64,000 nucleotides of DNA, from positions 131,486 to 195,485 of the forward strand of contig CAVXNQ010000022.1 in the NCBI GenBank assembly GCA_963763205.1. The letters are read 5' to 3'. The notes under the pieces are model-generated. The model saw only the letters and a program-made list of their open reading frames with translations, was not told where the DNA came from and did not search any database. The position numbers and the translations under genes are program-made. Below are positions 52,407 to 63,180 of this stretch, in pieces. How positions within the stretch are numbered: the stretch's first letter is position 1; every line of letters begins with the position of its first letter. The stretch is from an uncultured delta proteobacterium (GTDB taxonomy: Bacteria > Desulfobacterota > Desulfuromonadia > Desulfuromonadales > DDH964).

Positions 52407-54182
52407 ATGGGTTTCCCCGCCGTTCTTACCCTGGTCGTGGTGGTATTGATGCTGGTCGGTCTCATCCTGGAGCTCCTGGCTCCGGACGTGATCGTCTTTT
52501 CCGCCCTGGGCCTGCTGCTGCTCGCCGACGTGATTTCCGTCAAGGATGCGCTGGCCGGTTTCGCCAACAGCAGCATGCTGACGGTCGGTATTCTCTTCAT
52601 CGTCGCCTATGCGGCCCAGTCCTCGGGACTGCTGGAATTTTTCGCCGGCCGGGTCATGGGCAACTCCGGCGGCGGGCGGCGAACCCTGCTGAAGGTCATG
52701 GCGCCGGTCGTGGCCATGTCGGCCTTTCTCAACAACACGCCGATCGTCGCCATGTTCACCCCGACCATCCGGGACTGGGCCCTCAAGCACCGTCTCTCCC
52801 CCTCCAAATTCCTGATTCCCCTCTCCTATTCCGCCATCTTCGGCGGCATCTGCACCCTGATCGGGACCTCGACCAACCTGGTGGTCAACGGCCTGATGCA
52901 GCAGTCGCTGCACCGCTCCCTCGGCATGTTCGAACTGGCCTGGGTGGGGATCCCCTGCGCCCTGGCCGGGATCCTCTACCTGCTGGTTTTCGGCTACCGG
53001 CTGTTGCCGGACAACCCCGATCTCTCGGAGGAGCTGGCGAAGAGCGGGCGGGAATACCTGCTGGAGATGAAACTGCCCGGCGGCTCGGCCCTGGTCGGCA
53101 AAACCGTGGCCGAGGCGGGCCTGCGCAACCTCGACCAGATATTCCTGGCCGAAATCGAACGGCGGGGGCGACTGCTGGCGCCGGTCAAGTCGAGCGACCT
53201 TCTTGAGGCCGGCGACCGCCTCTTTTTCACCGGCGTCGCCGAAGGGATCATGCGGGTCCAGGCCATCGCGGGACTGGTCCCCTCCCACGATCGCGACTTC
53301 TGCCATTCCATGCAGAGCAGCGGCAAGGGGCGGATCATCGAGGCGGTGGTGTCGCGCTCCTCGCCGATGCTCGGCAAGACCCTCAAGGAGGGGGATTTCC
53401 GGGCGCGTTACGATGCGGTGGTGCTGGCGGTGCACCGGCACGGCGAGAAGCTCGCCGGTTCCCTGGGGCGGATGGTGCTCAAGCCGGGGGACACCCTGCT
53501 CCTGTTGGCCGGGGACGATTTCCTCAAGCGCTGGAACCAGGCCCGCGATTTCTACATGATCAGCAAACTGACCGACCTCCCCGCGGTCAATCGCCGCAAG
53601 ACCGTCATCTCCCTGCTGGCCCTGGGCGGAATGATCCTCCTGTCGGCCTTCGGCGTCCTCCCCATCTTCAAGGCCGCGGTTTTGGCCGCCATGATTCTGC
53701 TCATCACCCGCTGCGTGACGGTGGTGGAGGCCCGCCGTTCCATCGAGCTCAACGTGCTGATCGTGATCGCCTCGGCATTGGGGATCAGCAAGGCCCTGGA
53801 ACAGACCGGGGCGGCGGCTTTTCTGGCCCACAGCCTGATTGGCCTGGCCGACGGCGCCGGGCCCCTCGGGCTGCTGGCGGTCATCTACCTGCTCACGTCC
53901 GTCGCCACCGAGGTGATCACCAACAACGCCGCCGCGGCGCTCCTCTTTCCGATTGCCGTCGCCACCGCCGCCCAGGCCGGCCTCGACCCGAAACCCTTCG
54001 TCATCGCCATCGCCATCGGCGCCTCGGCCAGCTTCGCCACCCCCATCGGCTACCAGACCAACCTGATGGTCTACGGTCCCGGCGGCTACCGCTTCCAGGA
54101 TTTCCTCAAGGTCGGCATCCCCCTCAATCTCCTCTTCATGGCGGTCACGGTCTTCGTCATCCCTTTGGTCTGGACCTTCTGA
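52407..54182 (+). CDS. SLC13/DASS-type permease with two central TrkA-C domains (YfbS-like)
   Basis: An N-terminal 5-6 TM block, two TrkA_C domains (KTVAEAGLRNL...; KTLKEGDFRARYDAVVLAVHR), then a C-terminal TM block. 591 aa. Confidence 0.85.
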   Translation: MGFPAVLTLVVVVLMLVGLILELLAPDVIVFSALGLLLLADVISVKDALAGFANSSMLTVGILFIVAYAAQSSGLLEFFAGRVMGNSGGGRRTLLKVMAPVVAMSAFLNNTPIVAMFTPTIRDWALKHRLSPSKFLIPLSYSAIFGGICTLIGTSTNLVVNGLMQQSLHRSLGMFELAWVGIPCALAGILYLLVFGYRLLPDNPDLSEELAKSGREYLLEMKLPGGSALVGKTVAEAGLRNLDQIFLAEIERRGRLLAPVKSSDLLEAGDRLFFTGVAEGIMRVQAIAGLVPSHDRDFCHSMQSSGKGRIIEAVVSRSSPMLGKTLKEGDFRARYDAVVLAVHRHGEKLAGSLGRMVLKPGDTLLLLAGDDFLKRWNQARDFYMISKLTDLPAVNRRKTVISLLALGGMILLSAFGVLPIFKAAVLAAMILLITRCVTVVEARRSIELNVLIVIASALGISKALEQTGAAAFLAHSLIGLADGAGPLGLLAVIYLLTSVATEVITNNAAAALLFPIAVATAAQAGLDPKPFVIAIAIGASASFATPIGYQTNLMVYGPGGYRFQDFLKVGIPLNLLFMAVTVFVIPLVWTF

Positions 54183-54262
54183 TCGCTGCGGCAAGCGTTT
54201 CCGGGGGGCGTCCCGCAGCGGGCACCGACGCCTGCCCCCTTCCTTTTGCCGCCCGAAATGCT

Positions 54263-56157
54263 ATGATTACCACCCTCCGACCACACCATTTTCCGACAGG
54301 ACCGCCCGTGAAGCACCCGCCCCTGACCAGCGACAGCAACCCGCCTCCCAAGCACTTTCTCGACGTCTTCCGCTACAGCCGCCGCGCCCTGGAGCTGGTC
54401 TGGTCGACCAGCTGGCGGCTGGCGCTGGTCTTCGCCGCTGCTGACCCTGGTCGCCGGGGTGCTGCCGGCCGCGGTGGCCTGGATCGGCAAGCTGATCGTC
54501 GACGGCGTGGTCGCGGCGATGGGGCAGCACAAGCAGACCGGCAGCGCCGACACCAGCTACGTGCTGCTGTTCGTCGCCGCCGAGGCAGGGGTGGTGGCGA
54601 CTGATCGCCGGCAGCCAGCGCGGCATCGCCACCTGCCAGGCGCTGTTGCGGGCGCTGATGGGGCAGCGCATCAACCTGATGATCCTCGAAAAGGCGCTGA
54701 CCCTGAAACTCGCCCACTTCGAGGATTCGGAATTCTACGACAAGCTGACCCGCGCCCGGCGCGAGGCCTCGACCCGTCCCCTCTAGCCTGGTCACCCGCA
54801 CCTTCGGCCTGGTGCAGAATGGCATCTCCCTGGTCAGCTACGGCGTGCTGCTGGTGCAGTTCTCCCCCTGGACGGTGCTGATCCTGGTCGGCGGCGGCAT
54901 CCCCGAGTTCCTCGCCGAGGCCAAGTTCTCCGGCGACAAGTTCCGGCTCTTCCGCTGGCGCTCGCCGGAGACGCGCATGCAGATGTACCTGGAGACGGTG
55001 CTGGCGCGCGAGGACTACGCCAAGGAGGTCAAGCTCTTCCGCCTCGGGCCCGAAGCTGCTGCAGCGCTACCGGGAGATCTTTGCCAAACTTTTCGCCGAG
55101 GACCGCGCGCTGACCCTGCGCCGCGACAGCTGGGGGTTTCGTGCTCGGCCTGATCGGCACCGCCGCCTTCTACGGCGCCTACGCCTGGATCGCCGTCTCG
55201 GCCATCAAGGGCGCCATCAGCCTCGGCCAGATGACCATGTACCTGCTGCTCTTCAAGCAGGGGCAGTCGGCGGTTTCGGCCAGCCTCTCGGCGATCAGCG
55301 GCATGTACGAGGACAACCTCTACCTGTCGAACCTCTACGAGTACCTGGAGCAGCCGGTGCCGGCCGCCGCTGGGCGAGTTGCAGCAGGGGCCGCAGCCGG
55401 GGGACGGGGTGCGCTTCGAAGCGGTCAGCTTCTGCCTATCCCGGCAGCGAGGAGCCGGCGCTGCAGGACGTGAGCCTGCACCTGAAGCCGGGCGACAGCC
55501 TGGCGCTGGTCGGCGAGAACGGCTCGGGCAAGACCACCCTGATCAAGCTGCTGACCCGCCTCTACCGGCCCGATGCGCGGGCGCATCCTGCTCGACGGTC
55601 TCGACCTGCAGCAGTGGGACGGCGACGCCCTGCGCTCGCGCATCGGCGTCATCTTCCAGGATTTCGGCCGCTACCAGTTCCTGGTCGGCGAGAATATCGG
55701 CGCCGGCGACATGCGCCACTTCGAGGACCGGCAGCGCTGGGAGGAGGCGGCCGAGAAGGGGATGGCGAAGGAGTTCATCGCCAAGCTGCCGCAGCAGTAC
55801 GACACCCAGCTCGGCAAATGGTTCAAGGGGGGGCGCGAGCTCTCCGGCGGCCAGTGGCAGAAGATCGCCCTGGCGCGCGCCTTCATGCGCACCGAGGCCG
55901 ACATCCTGGTCCTCGACGAGCCGACCGCCACCATGGACGCCGCCGCCGAGGCGACGATCTTCGAGCACTTCCGCGAACTGAGCCGCGGCAAGATGACCAT
56001 CCTGATCTCGCACCGCTTCTCCACCGTGCGCATGGCCGACCAGATCGTCGTCATCGACCAGGGGCGCATCGTCGAACAGGGGAGCCACGAGCAGTTGATG
56101 GAGCATGGCGGCCAGTATGCCCACCTCTTCTCGCTGCAGGCGCAGGGGTACCGCTGA
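54263..56157 (+). pseudogene. MsbA/ATM1-like ABC exporter (TMD+NBD) carrying at least 8 single-base frameshifts
   Basis: The conserved protein (Walker [10 protein letters not shown], signature [14 protein letters not shown], Walker [10 protein letters not shown]-loop ISHR) can only be read by hopping between frames at about 54435, 54600, 54783, 55052, 55138, 55368, 55432 and 55570. The ORF track shows six fragments (54263, 54459, 54812, 55141, 55379/55470, 55573). Confidence 0.85.
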
Positions 56158-56293
56158 AGCCGGCGGAAGCGGGCAATCCCACCCCCTCGACTTTGGTCGG
56201 GAACGCCTCCCGGAAGCTGTCTGGCAGCGCAGGAAGAATGGACAGGGGACAGGGGAAGAAAGGATGTTCCACCGGGAAGGGGGAGGGGCCGGC

Positions 56294-57094
56294 TCAGCGG
56301 ACCCGGCGCCAGAAGGTCAGCTGGGAAATGTGGAACTGGAACTTGCGCGCCGTCTCGCGCAGCACCAACTCCACTTCCTGCGGCTCGCCGACCGCGACAA
56401 AATGTCCGGCGAGTTTTTCCCTGAGTCCCTCCAGGTTGGTCAGTGGGGTGCCGGCACGGAAGCGGCCGCCGAGCCACTGCGGCTTGGGGGTGTACTCTTC
56501 CAGCCAGTTGTAGGGAGAGGCGATCGCCAGCAGGCCGCCGATGACCAGCCGGCGGTGAATTCCGGCCAGAAAACGCTTGGGATCGGCGAGACGGTCGATG
56601 AGGTTGGCGGCCAGGACCAGATCAAAATCGCGAACGTGCGGTTCGAGTTGCTGCACATCTCCCTGGTAAAAGGCGACCCGCGGCGCCGTGGTCGTCAGGC
56701 CGAGATCGGCGAGAAAAACCTCCTGCTCGGAAATCAACTCGCCCTCCTCGGCGAGCTGGTAGCGGAACCTGCCGCGCTCCTTGAGGCGGTTGGCGATGGC
56801 GATGAAGCGGGTGGAGAAGTCGATGCCGGCAACCTGGTCGAAGCGGGTCGCCAGCTCGAAGCTGGCACGGCCGACAGCGCAGCCGAGGTCGAGGGCCCGG
56901 CGCCGCGGTCCTCCCGCCAGGGCCGCAATGCAACGCTGCGCCAGCTGTGCGGGGAAGTTGGGCACCCCGAACTTGTCCGGGCCGTAGTGGGCGTCGCAGT
57001 ACTGGGCGACGGCGGCATCCGACTCATAACGGGCGTGACACGCCGCCAGGGCGGCTTGGTCGGCGCGTCTCGGCAGCAGGGGAGGACTCACCAT
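56294..57094 (-). CDS. class I SAM-dependent methyltransferase
   Basis: SAM motif ([16 protein letters not shown]). The ATG at 57094 has a GGGAG RBS. Confidence 0.75.
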   Translation of the reverse strand: MVSPPLLPRRADQAALAACHARYESDAAVAQYCDAHYGPDKFGVPNFPAQLAQRCIAALAGGPRRRALDLGCAVGRASFELATRFDQVAGIDFSTRFIAIANRLKERGRFRYQLAEEGELISEQEVFLADLGLTTTAPRVAFYQGDVQQLEPHVRDFDLVLAANLIDRLADPKRFLAGIHRRLVIGGLLAIASPYNWLEEYTPKPQWLGGRFRAGTPLTNLEGLREKLAGHFVAVGEPQEVELVLRETARKFQFHISQLTFWRRVR

Positions 57095-57396
57095 GGCAGG
57101 CTCCCGGGTCAGGGGCAGGTGTGTCATATGGCCTGGGTTGGACCGTGTCGAAAAACTATAACAGGGCCGCCGCCGAAATTGACAGGATTCTCAGGAATGT
57201 ATTGAGAATGGCTTGAAAAATCGCCGGGCGCGGTTCCGGGTCTGCCCGGTTGCCGCGCCAAACCTCCAGGCCGGGTACCTGGACAGGCGGAATGCGGTGG
57301 CTGCACGGCCAAATTCCCAAGACAAATTGCTTCCCCTGGTGTAAAACGGGACTGGCTTCCGACGTTGATTTTTCTCTTTTGCGATACCTTTGGCCT

Positions 57397-57894
57397 ATGC
57401 CGGACACCATCATCCTGCAATACCGGCTTACCCGGGACCTCTGGCGCCGCTTCTTCGAAGCCCACTACGGGTGCAACCGTTCCCTGAAGCTGCGCACCCT
57501 GTGGGGAGCGATCTGCATTATTATCGCCTGCCTGGGCTTCGGCGGCTTCTATGCTTCGAAAACGATCGCCACGCTGCTGCTGGCCACCGGCTTCTTCGGC
57601 GTCCTGTCGAAACAGCTGCTAGTCGTCAAGTCGCTGCGCAAGGCCGGCCGGCACCCGTTTTTCGGCAAGGAGCTGACGGTGACGGTGGCGCCGGCCGAAA
57701 TCTCGGTGCGCAGCGGCACCGCCGGCTATACCCAGCCCTGGGGAAATTTCGTCGGCTACCGCCGCCTCGCCGCCGGTTTTCTCCTCTACCACGACCGCAA
57801 CGCCTTCTTCTTCATCCCGGCGGAAGTGCTGACGGCAGGCTACGCCAACCGCCTGGAGCAGATCCTCCAGGCCGCCGAGGTGGCGAAGCTGTGA
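57397..57894 (+). CDS. hypothetical membrane protein (YcxB-like?)
   Basis: An ORF with two central TM helices and no motifs. Start chosen at the internal ATG MPDTIILQYRL. Confidence 0.4.
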   Translation: MPDTIILQYRLTRDLWRRFFEAHYGCNRSLKLRTLWGAICIIIACLGFGGFYASKTIATLLLATGFFGVLSKQLLVVKSLRKAGRHPFFGKELTVTVAPAEISVRSGTAGYTQPWGNFVGYRRLAAGFLLYHDRNAFFFIPAEVLTAGYANRLEQILQAAEVAKL

Positions 57895-57994
57895 CCTGTG
57901 CCTGTAAGAAACCGCCGTCCAGCCGATCCGCAAGGAACCCCTTTTGAGCCCCGGAAACTTAAAGATGGCAGAACCCTCCGGAAAGGAACCGCCC

Positions 57995-58459
57995 ATGCCA
58001 AGAGAACTGCGCCGCAAGGACCGGGGGATCGACTCCCGGGAGGCCCGGGAGCTGCTCGCCCGGGGCGAGTACGGAATCCTGTCGACGGTTTCCGCCGACG
58101 GGACTCCCTACGGGGTGCCGCTCAGCTATTGCGTCCTGGACGGCGCAATCTACATCCACTGCGCCGTTGCCGGGCACAAACTGGAGAATCTTGCCGCCGA
58201 CAACCGCGTCTCCTTCTGCGTGGTGGGGCGGACCGAGGTACTGCCGGAGCAGTTTGCCACCCGCTACGAAAGCGTCATCGTCGCCGGCCGGGCGCAGGAG
58301 GTCGCGGGGGAGGAGAAGCAACGCGCCCTGGAAGAGCTGGCGGCCAAATACTCCCCCGGCCTGGAGGAGGCGGGCCGGCGCTATATCGCCGCCCAGGGGC
58401 CGCGCACGCGGGTGTTCAAGGTCACCATCGAGGCTATCTCCGGCAAGGCGCGCCGCTGA
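57995..58459 (+). CDS. pyridoxamine 5'-phosphate oxidase-like FMN-binding split-barrel protein
   Basis: The GEYGILSTVSADGTPYGVPLSY...IYIHCA pattern is typical of the PNPOx-like family. GGAAAGGA RBS. Confidence 0.75.
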   Translation: MPRELRRKDRGIDSREARELLARGEYGILSTVSADGTPYGVPLSYCVLDGAIYIHCAVAGHKLENLAADNRVSFCVVGRTEVLPEQFATRYESVIVAGRAQEVAGEEKQRALEELAAKYSPGLEEAGRRYIAAQGPRTRVFKVTIEAISGKARR

Positions 58460-58490
58460 TCCCGATCCCAATCCGTCCCGGAGCAGGGCC

Positions 58491-59000
58491 ATGAAGAAAC
58501 GCTACCTCTACGCGCTGCTGTTCGGCATCCCCGGGCTCGGGGTCACCCTGCTCGGCGCCCTTTTCCTTTTCGGGGCGGCCGCGGGGGCCCTCTGGCTCTT
58601 CGTCTTCGGCGATTCCCCCTGGCCCGCCACCGTCGGCACCGTCCTGCCGGTCCTCTTCGGCCTGGTTTTCCTGGGTCTGTGGAGCGGTTTCATCGCCTGG
58701 GGTTTCCGAGTCGGCAAAAGGCTGGAGGTCGATCCGGCCCCGAACCTGAAACATCTCCTGCTCGCGGTCGGGGCAACGGCTGCGGTGCTGCTGCTGATGG
58801 TGCTGCATCAGCTCAGCGTGGGGAACCTGGGGCCGAAGTCCGTCAGCCTGGCGTGCAGCGACTTTTGCCGCGAACAGGGCTATGCGGCCAGCGGCACGTC
58901 GCCGCGCGACGCCGGGGCACCGACCTGCAGCTGCTTCGACCGGAACGGCCAAGTGGCGGTCACCACCCCGCTGGAGCGCCTCGGCACGGGGCGCCCCTGA
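58491..59000 (+). CDS. hypothetical 4-TM membrane protein with a Cys-rich C-terminal tail
   Basis: ATG at 58491. The TM helices are followed by CSDFCREQGY...PTCSCFDRNG. Confidence 0.5.
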   Translation: MKKRYLYALLFGIPGLGVTLLGALFLFGAAAGALWLFVFGDSPWPATVGTVLPVLFGLVFLGLWSGFIAWGFRVGKRLEVDPAPNLKHLLLAVGATAAVLLLMVLHQLSVGNLGPKSVSLACSDFCREQGYAASGTSPRDAGAPTCSCFDRNGQVAVTTPLERLGTGRP

Positions 59001-59120
59001 AATGATCTTTTTCCGGTTTCCGGTGGGGCACTTTCCTGCTGGACCGGTCTCTCCGCCCACTCCCCCGCCCATTGCTCCGTTGCTGAACCCCTGGGCTCTC
59101 GGTCCATTCCCTGCGGCCGC

Positions 59121-62100
59121 CTAACGGGCCGGGCTGTCGCCCTGCTGTCCTCCCCGCACCATCTTCATCGCCACCAGGGTCACGTCGTCGTTGAAACCGC
59201 CGCTGGCGGTGAACCGGCGCACCTGTTGCAGCAGCTGTTCGATCAACTGCTCCGGCGGCAGGGCATGGAGGTCCTGGAGCAGGGCGGCGAGCCGCTCTTC
59301 GCCGAAGAAGCTTCCCTCCGGGCTTTCCGCCTCGGTGATGCCGTCGGTGAAGAGCAGCAGGACGTCGCCGGGGTGGAGCTCGATCCGGCGTTCCTCGAAG
59401 CGCACCTTCTTTCTCACCCCGAGGATGAGCCCTTCGGCATCGAGCCGTTCGCAGTTGCCTGACGCCGCCCGCCAGACCAGCGGCGGAGGGTGCCCGGCAC
59501 TGGCGAAGGCGAGCCGGCCGCTGGCGGTGTCGTAGCGGAGGTAGCACATGGTGATGAAGAGCTCGGCGCGGTCGAGGTCCTCGTAGAGAAACTCGTTGAT
59601 GGCACGCAGGGTTTGATCGGTCGTGGCAAAGCGCCGGGCCTGGGAGCGGATGAAGGTGCGGGTTTCGGTCATGATGAGGGCCGCACCGACGCCATGCCCG
59701 GCGACGTCGGCGATCACCAGGTCGAGGGTGGTCGGCGCGCGGGGGAGAAAGTCGTAATAATCTCCTCCCACCTCACTGGCCGGAACGCAGGTGCCCGCCA
59801 GGGCGATCCCCGGCAGTGCGGGCACCGCGGTCGGCAGCAGGCCGAGCTGGATGGTCCGGGCGATCTCCATCTCCCGTTCCCGCTCCCGCGCGGCGATCAG
59901 GCGTTCGGTCTGGTGGGCGTTGCGCAGGGCCACGCCGACCTGGCCGGCGAGGTTGGTGAAGAGGTCGACGAATTCTTCGGTGAAGATCCCCTTGGCCGTT
60001 TTGGAGAAGACCGAGAGGACCCCCACCGGCTCGCCGTCGATGGTGACGGGCGCGTGGGCGAAGGAGAGGATCCCCTCCCGGTGCGCGGTCTGGGCGGAGG
60101 CGGGGAGGCCGAGAAGGTCGGTGTCGTTGACCACGACGACGGCATTGTTGAGAAAGGCCCGGCCGATGGCGCTCTCCATGCTCACCGGGCGCTCCAGTTC
60201 CTCCGGAGACTCGAGGCTCTTTCCCCTCCGGCTGGCGAGGGTGAAGATCTGCCGCTCGGGGTCGAGCAGGCGGATGGTGCAGAGCTCGAACCGGAACTGC
60301 TGCTGCAGCAGGCCGAGGATATTGTCGAGGATGCTCTGGACGCCGGCGCCGCCGGCCACCAGTCGGGTGGCCTCGTGCAGGATGCCGAGCTGCTCGCGCC
60401 CCGCCTTGCGGCTGAGGGTGACCGAGCCGAAGATGTCGAAAACCTCTTCCATCCGGCTCCCCCGGCTCTCCAGGTAGTTGGCGAGGATGATGCGGGCGGG
60501 GGCGGCGCCGACCGAGCCGGCGAGGGTCTTTTCCGTAAAACGGCGCAGATCGGCCAGCTCGAACTCGGAGAGCCGCCCCTGCTCGTCGATTTCCCGGTCG
60601 CCGAGATACTCGGTGATGGCGGAGTTGGCCTTCATTTCCCCTACGAACTTGGCCATCAGCTCGGCGAATTCGACGATGGTCGGCGCCCGGCTGATGCGCT
60701 CCGGCGGCTCGATTTCCTGCGGCGGCGCGAAGACCTCGACGAACGCCACCGCCTGATCGCTCTCATCGGGCTGCGGTTCGCTGAACAGGGAAAGGGCGAA
60801 AAAGGCGCCGATGTTGAAAAAGAGCGTCCAGAACAGGGCATGGGGGAGCGTCGGCAGCCCGGTGAGGCCGAAGAGGGCCTCGGGGCGCAGCCAGGCAAGG
60901 CCGAACAGCCCATTCTCCAACAGCGGCGCCGGCATCCACCCCGAGCGGACCAGGGTGGGCAGGATCAGCGTGTAGAACCAGACCGCGAAGCCGACCAGCA
61001 TCCCGCAGAGAGCGCCGCGCCGGTTGGCCCGCTTCCAGAACAGGCCGCCCAGGATGGCCGGGGCGAACTGGGTGGCGCCGGCGAAGGAGATGGTGCCGAT
61101 GGTGACCAGGGCGTAACTGTGGCCGATGACCTTGTAGAAGAGGTAGGCGAAAAAGACCACCGCAAGAATGGCCAGGCGCTTGATCGCCAGCAGCAGGCCG
61201 GAAATGTCCCGGGCCCGGGTGGGGAAGCGCAGCACCACCGGCATCACCAGGTGGTTGAGGATCAGCGTGGCCAGCGCCACCGCGGCGACCATGACCATCC
61301 CGGCCGAACCGGAAAAGCCGCCGAGAAAGGCGAACAGGGCCAGCCAGCGGTGGCCGGCCGCCATCGGAATGGAGATGGTGAAATATTCGGCCCCGGCGCT
61401 CGCGCCGCCATTGAGGAGCAGTCCGGCCAGGGCGATGGGGATGATGAAGAGTTCGATCAGGAACATGTAGAGGGGGTAGCGCCACATGGCGCTGCGGATG
61501 TGCTCCTCGGCGGCGTTTTCGACCACCATGATGTGAAACATGTGCGGCAGGAACATGAAGGCCATCATGCAGATCACCCCGAGCGTCAGCCAGGAACTGG
61601 CGGGGAGCTGCCTGGTCCCCAGCAGCAGCAGGTCGGCGCGTTCGGGGAAGCGGGCGAGAAATTGGCCGAAGATGTCGCCGAAGCCGTCGAAGAGACCGTA
61701 GGTGACGAAGAGGCCGACGGCGACCATGGCGGCCAGCTTGAAGACCGACTCCAGGGCGACGGCCGCCACCAGCCCTTCGTGGCGGGCCGAGGGGTCGAGA
61801 AAACGGGCGCCGAAGAGGATGCCGAAGAGGCCGAAAACCAGCGCCACGATAAAGGGGGTGTCGAAGAAGAGGGGGAGCGCCGGGTGGGAGGCGGAGATCA
61901 GTTCGAAGCTGTCCGCGACCCCCTGAAGCTGCAGGGCGATGTAGGGTATGGTGCAGAAGACTGCGAAGACGGTCACCAGCGCCCCCAGCGGCAGCGACTT
62001 GCCGTAGCGGCTGGCGATGAAGTCAGCGACGCTGACGATGTTCTGCTCCTTGCTGATGCGGACCATTTTGCGCAGCAGATACCACCAGCTGAAGATGATC

Positions 62101-62333
62101 AGGGTCACGCCGAGGTAGATGCCGAGAAAGTCGATGCCGACCGTGGCGACCCGCCCGACGTTGCCGTAAAAGGTCCAGGAGGTGTGGAAGATGCCGAAGG
62201 AAAGGGCATAGATCCAGGCGTTGGCGGTGACGCTGCGGCCCAGCTTGCGCCGGTAGTCGGCGTAAAAGGCCGCGGCAAAGAGCAGCGCGATATAGCCAAA
62301 GGTGAGGAGGAAGACCGTGCCGCCGGGGATCAT
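59121..62333 (-). CDS. membrane sensor phosphatase: N-terminal sodium:solute symporter (SSS)-like 12-13 TM domain + GAF + PP2C (SpoIIE-type) Ser/Thr phosphatase, 1070 aa
   Basis: SSS hallmarks (GGLFWKRANRRGA, many TM helices). A central GAF. A C-terminal PP2C (EVGGDYYDF, GHG, TDGITEA). Confidence 0.85.
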   Translation of the reverse strand: MIPGGTVFLLTFGYIALLFAAAFYADYRRKLGRSVTANAWIYALSFGIFHTSWTFYGNVGRVATVGIDFLGIYLGVTLIIFSWWYLLRKMVRISKEQNIVSVADFIASRYGKSLPLGALVTVFAVFCTIPYIALQLQGVADSFELISASHPALPLFFDTPFIVALVFGLFGILFGARFLDPSARHEGLVAAVALESVFKLAAMVAVGLFVTYGLFDGFGDIFGQFLARFPERADLLLLGTRQLPASSWLTLGVICMMAFMFLPHMFHIMVVENAAEEHIRSAMWRYPLYMFLIELFIIPIALAGLLLNGGASAGAEYFTISIPMAAGHRWLALFAFLGGFSGSAGMVMVAAVALATLILNHLVMPVVLRFPTRARDISGLLLAIKRLAILAVVFFAYLFYKVIGHSYALVTIGTISFAGATQFAPAILGGLFWKRANRRGALCGMLVGFAVWFYTLILPTLVRSGWMPAPLLENGLFGLAWLRPEALFGLTGLPTLPHALFWTLFFNIGAFFALSLFSEPQPDESDQAVAFVEVFAPPQEIEPPERISRAPTIVEFAELMAKFVGEMKANSAITEYLGDREIDEQGRLSEFELADLRRFTEKTLAGSVGAAPARIILANYLESRGSRMEEVFDIFGSVTLSRKAGREQLGILHEATRLVAGGAGVQSILDNILGLLQQQFRFELCTIRLLDPERQIFTLASRRGKSLESPEELERPVSMESAIGRAFLNNAVVVVNDTDLLGLPASAQTAHREGILSFAHAPVTIDGEPVGVLSVFSKTAKGIFTEEFVDLFTNLAGQVGVALRNAHQTERLIAAREREREMEIARTIQLGLLPTAVPALPGIALAGTCVPASEVGGDYYDFLPRAPTTLDLVIADVAGHGVGAALIMTETRTFIRSQARRFATTDQTLRAINEFLYEDLDRAELFITMCYLRYDTASGRLAFASAGHPPPLVWRAASGNCERLDAEGLILGVRKKVRFEERRIELHPGDVLLLFTDGITEAESPEGSFFGEERLAALLQDLHALPPEQLIEQLLQQVRRFTASGGFNDDVTLVAMKMVRGGQQGDSPAR

Positions 62334-62584
62334 GGCCGATCCCGCCCCGGGTCCTGCTCCGCGGCCTGGGTGGGGGCGCAGTTGCTGAGACGGCGGGTGA
62401 ACCGGTAGATGACGCCGATGAACAGGAGCCAGCCCAGCAGCAAGTAAAGGACCAGCAGCGGGATGCCGAAAATCAGGGTTGTGCGGTTGAAGACCTGCAG
62501 CAGGGGAAAGGTGAACAGCGTCCCGAAGAGAATGGAGAAGAACAGCCAGATTCCCCGATTGCGGTCGGAGTTCAGGTTGGCCAT
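62330..62584 (-). CDS. small 2-TM membrane protein of the DUF3311/DUF4212 type, commonly paired with SSS transporters
   Basis: 84 aa, two TM helices. Its stop overlaps the start of the SSS-GAF-PP2C gene (ATGA). Confidence 0.55.
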   Translation of the reverse strand: MANLNSDRNRGIWLFFSILFGTLFTFPLLQVFNRTTLIFGIPLLVLYLLLGWLLFIGVIYRFTRRLSNCAPTQAAEQDPGRDRP

Positions 62585-62853
62585 GAAGAACCTCGCGACG
62601 GGCAATAATTTCTGCTGTTTATGTCAGGATAGCGCATATTGCGGGTTTGGCACCCGGCCGGCGGGTAGAAGGACCTGGACGGGGCGGGAGGAGCATGCCG
62701 AAACGGAGTAAGAGGGGAGGGACTGTGCCACTCCCGGAACCAGGCGGGCCCCCGGGACCGCCCCGCAGGAAGCGTCCAACGGCCTTGCACGGCGTCCCCA
62801 AGTCCTCTATCCTGATGCGGCCGCACCCATTTCCCGCCGAGGAGAACGGAACC

Positions 62854-63093
62854 ATGGAAATCGATCTGGATGTACTGAGCCACCTGCTAAAAAAACGCAC
62901 CGACGAAATCGACGAGATTGTCGCCGGCACCGGCTACCTGGCGCGCACCGTGATCGGCGTCGGCACTTTTCTACTCGATCACGACGGCAACGTCGATCTG
63001 CTGACGGCCAAGCAGCAGGTCACCTTCGAGCGGTTTCTGCAGCCGCTGCTGGAGCGGACGCCGCCGCGGGCGACAAGCAGCGACGGGGATTGA
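62854..63093 (+). CDS. hypothetical small protein (79 aa)
   Basis: ATG with a GAGGAGA RBS. No recognisable domain. A terminator follows. Confidence 0.35.
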   Translation: MEIDLDVLSHLLKKRTDEIDEIVAGTGYLARTVIGVGTFLLDHDGNVDLLTAKQQVTFERFLQPLLERTPPRATSSDGD

Positions 63094-63180
63094 CCTTTTC
63101 TCATTTGCGCGCTAAAAAGAAGAGTCCGTTTTTCCGGAGGGTGGGGCCATGCACGGATTCTTTCATAGACTTTTCAGCAA

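Noticed and set aside
59490-62408. 972-aa plus-strand ORF
   Set aside because: Antisense to the SSS-GAF-PP2C gene. It consists of Gly/Asp/Glu-rich repeats with no domain similarity.
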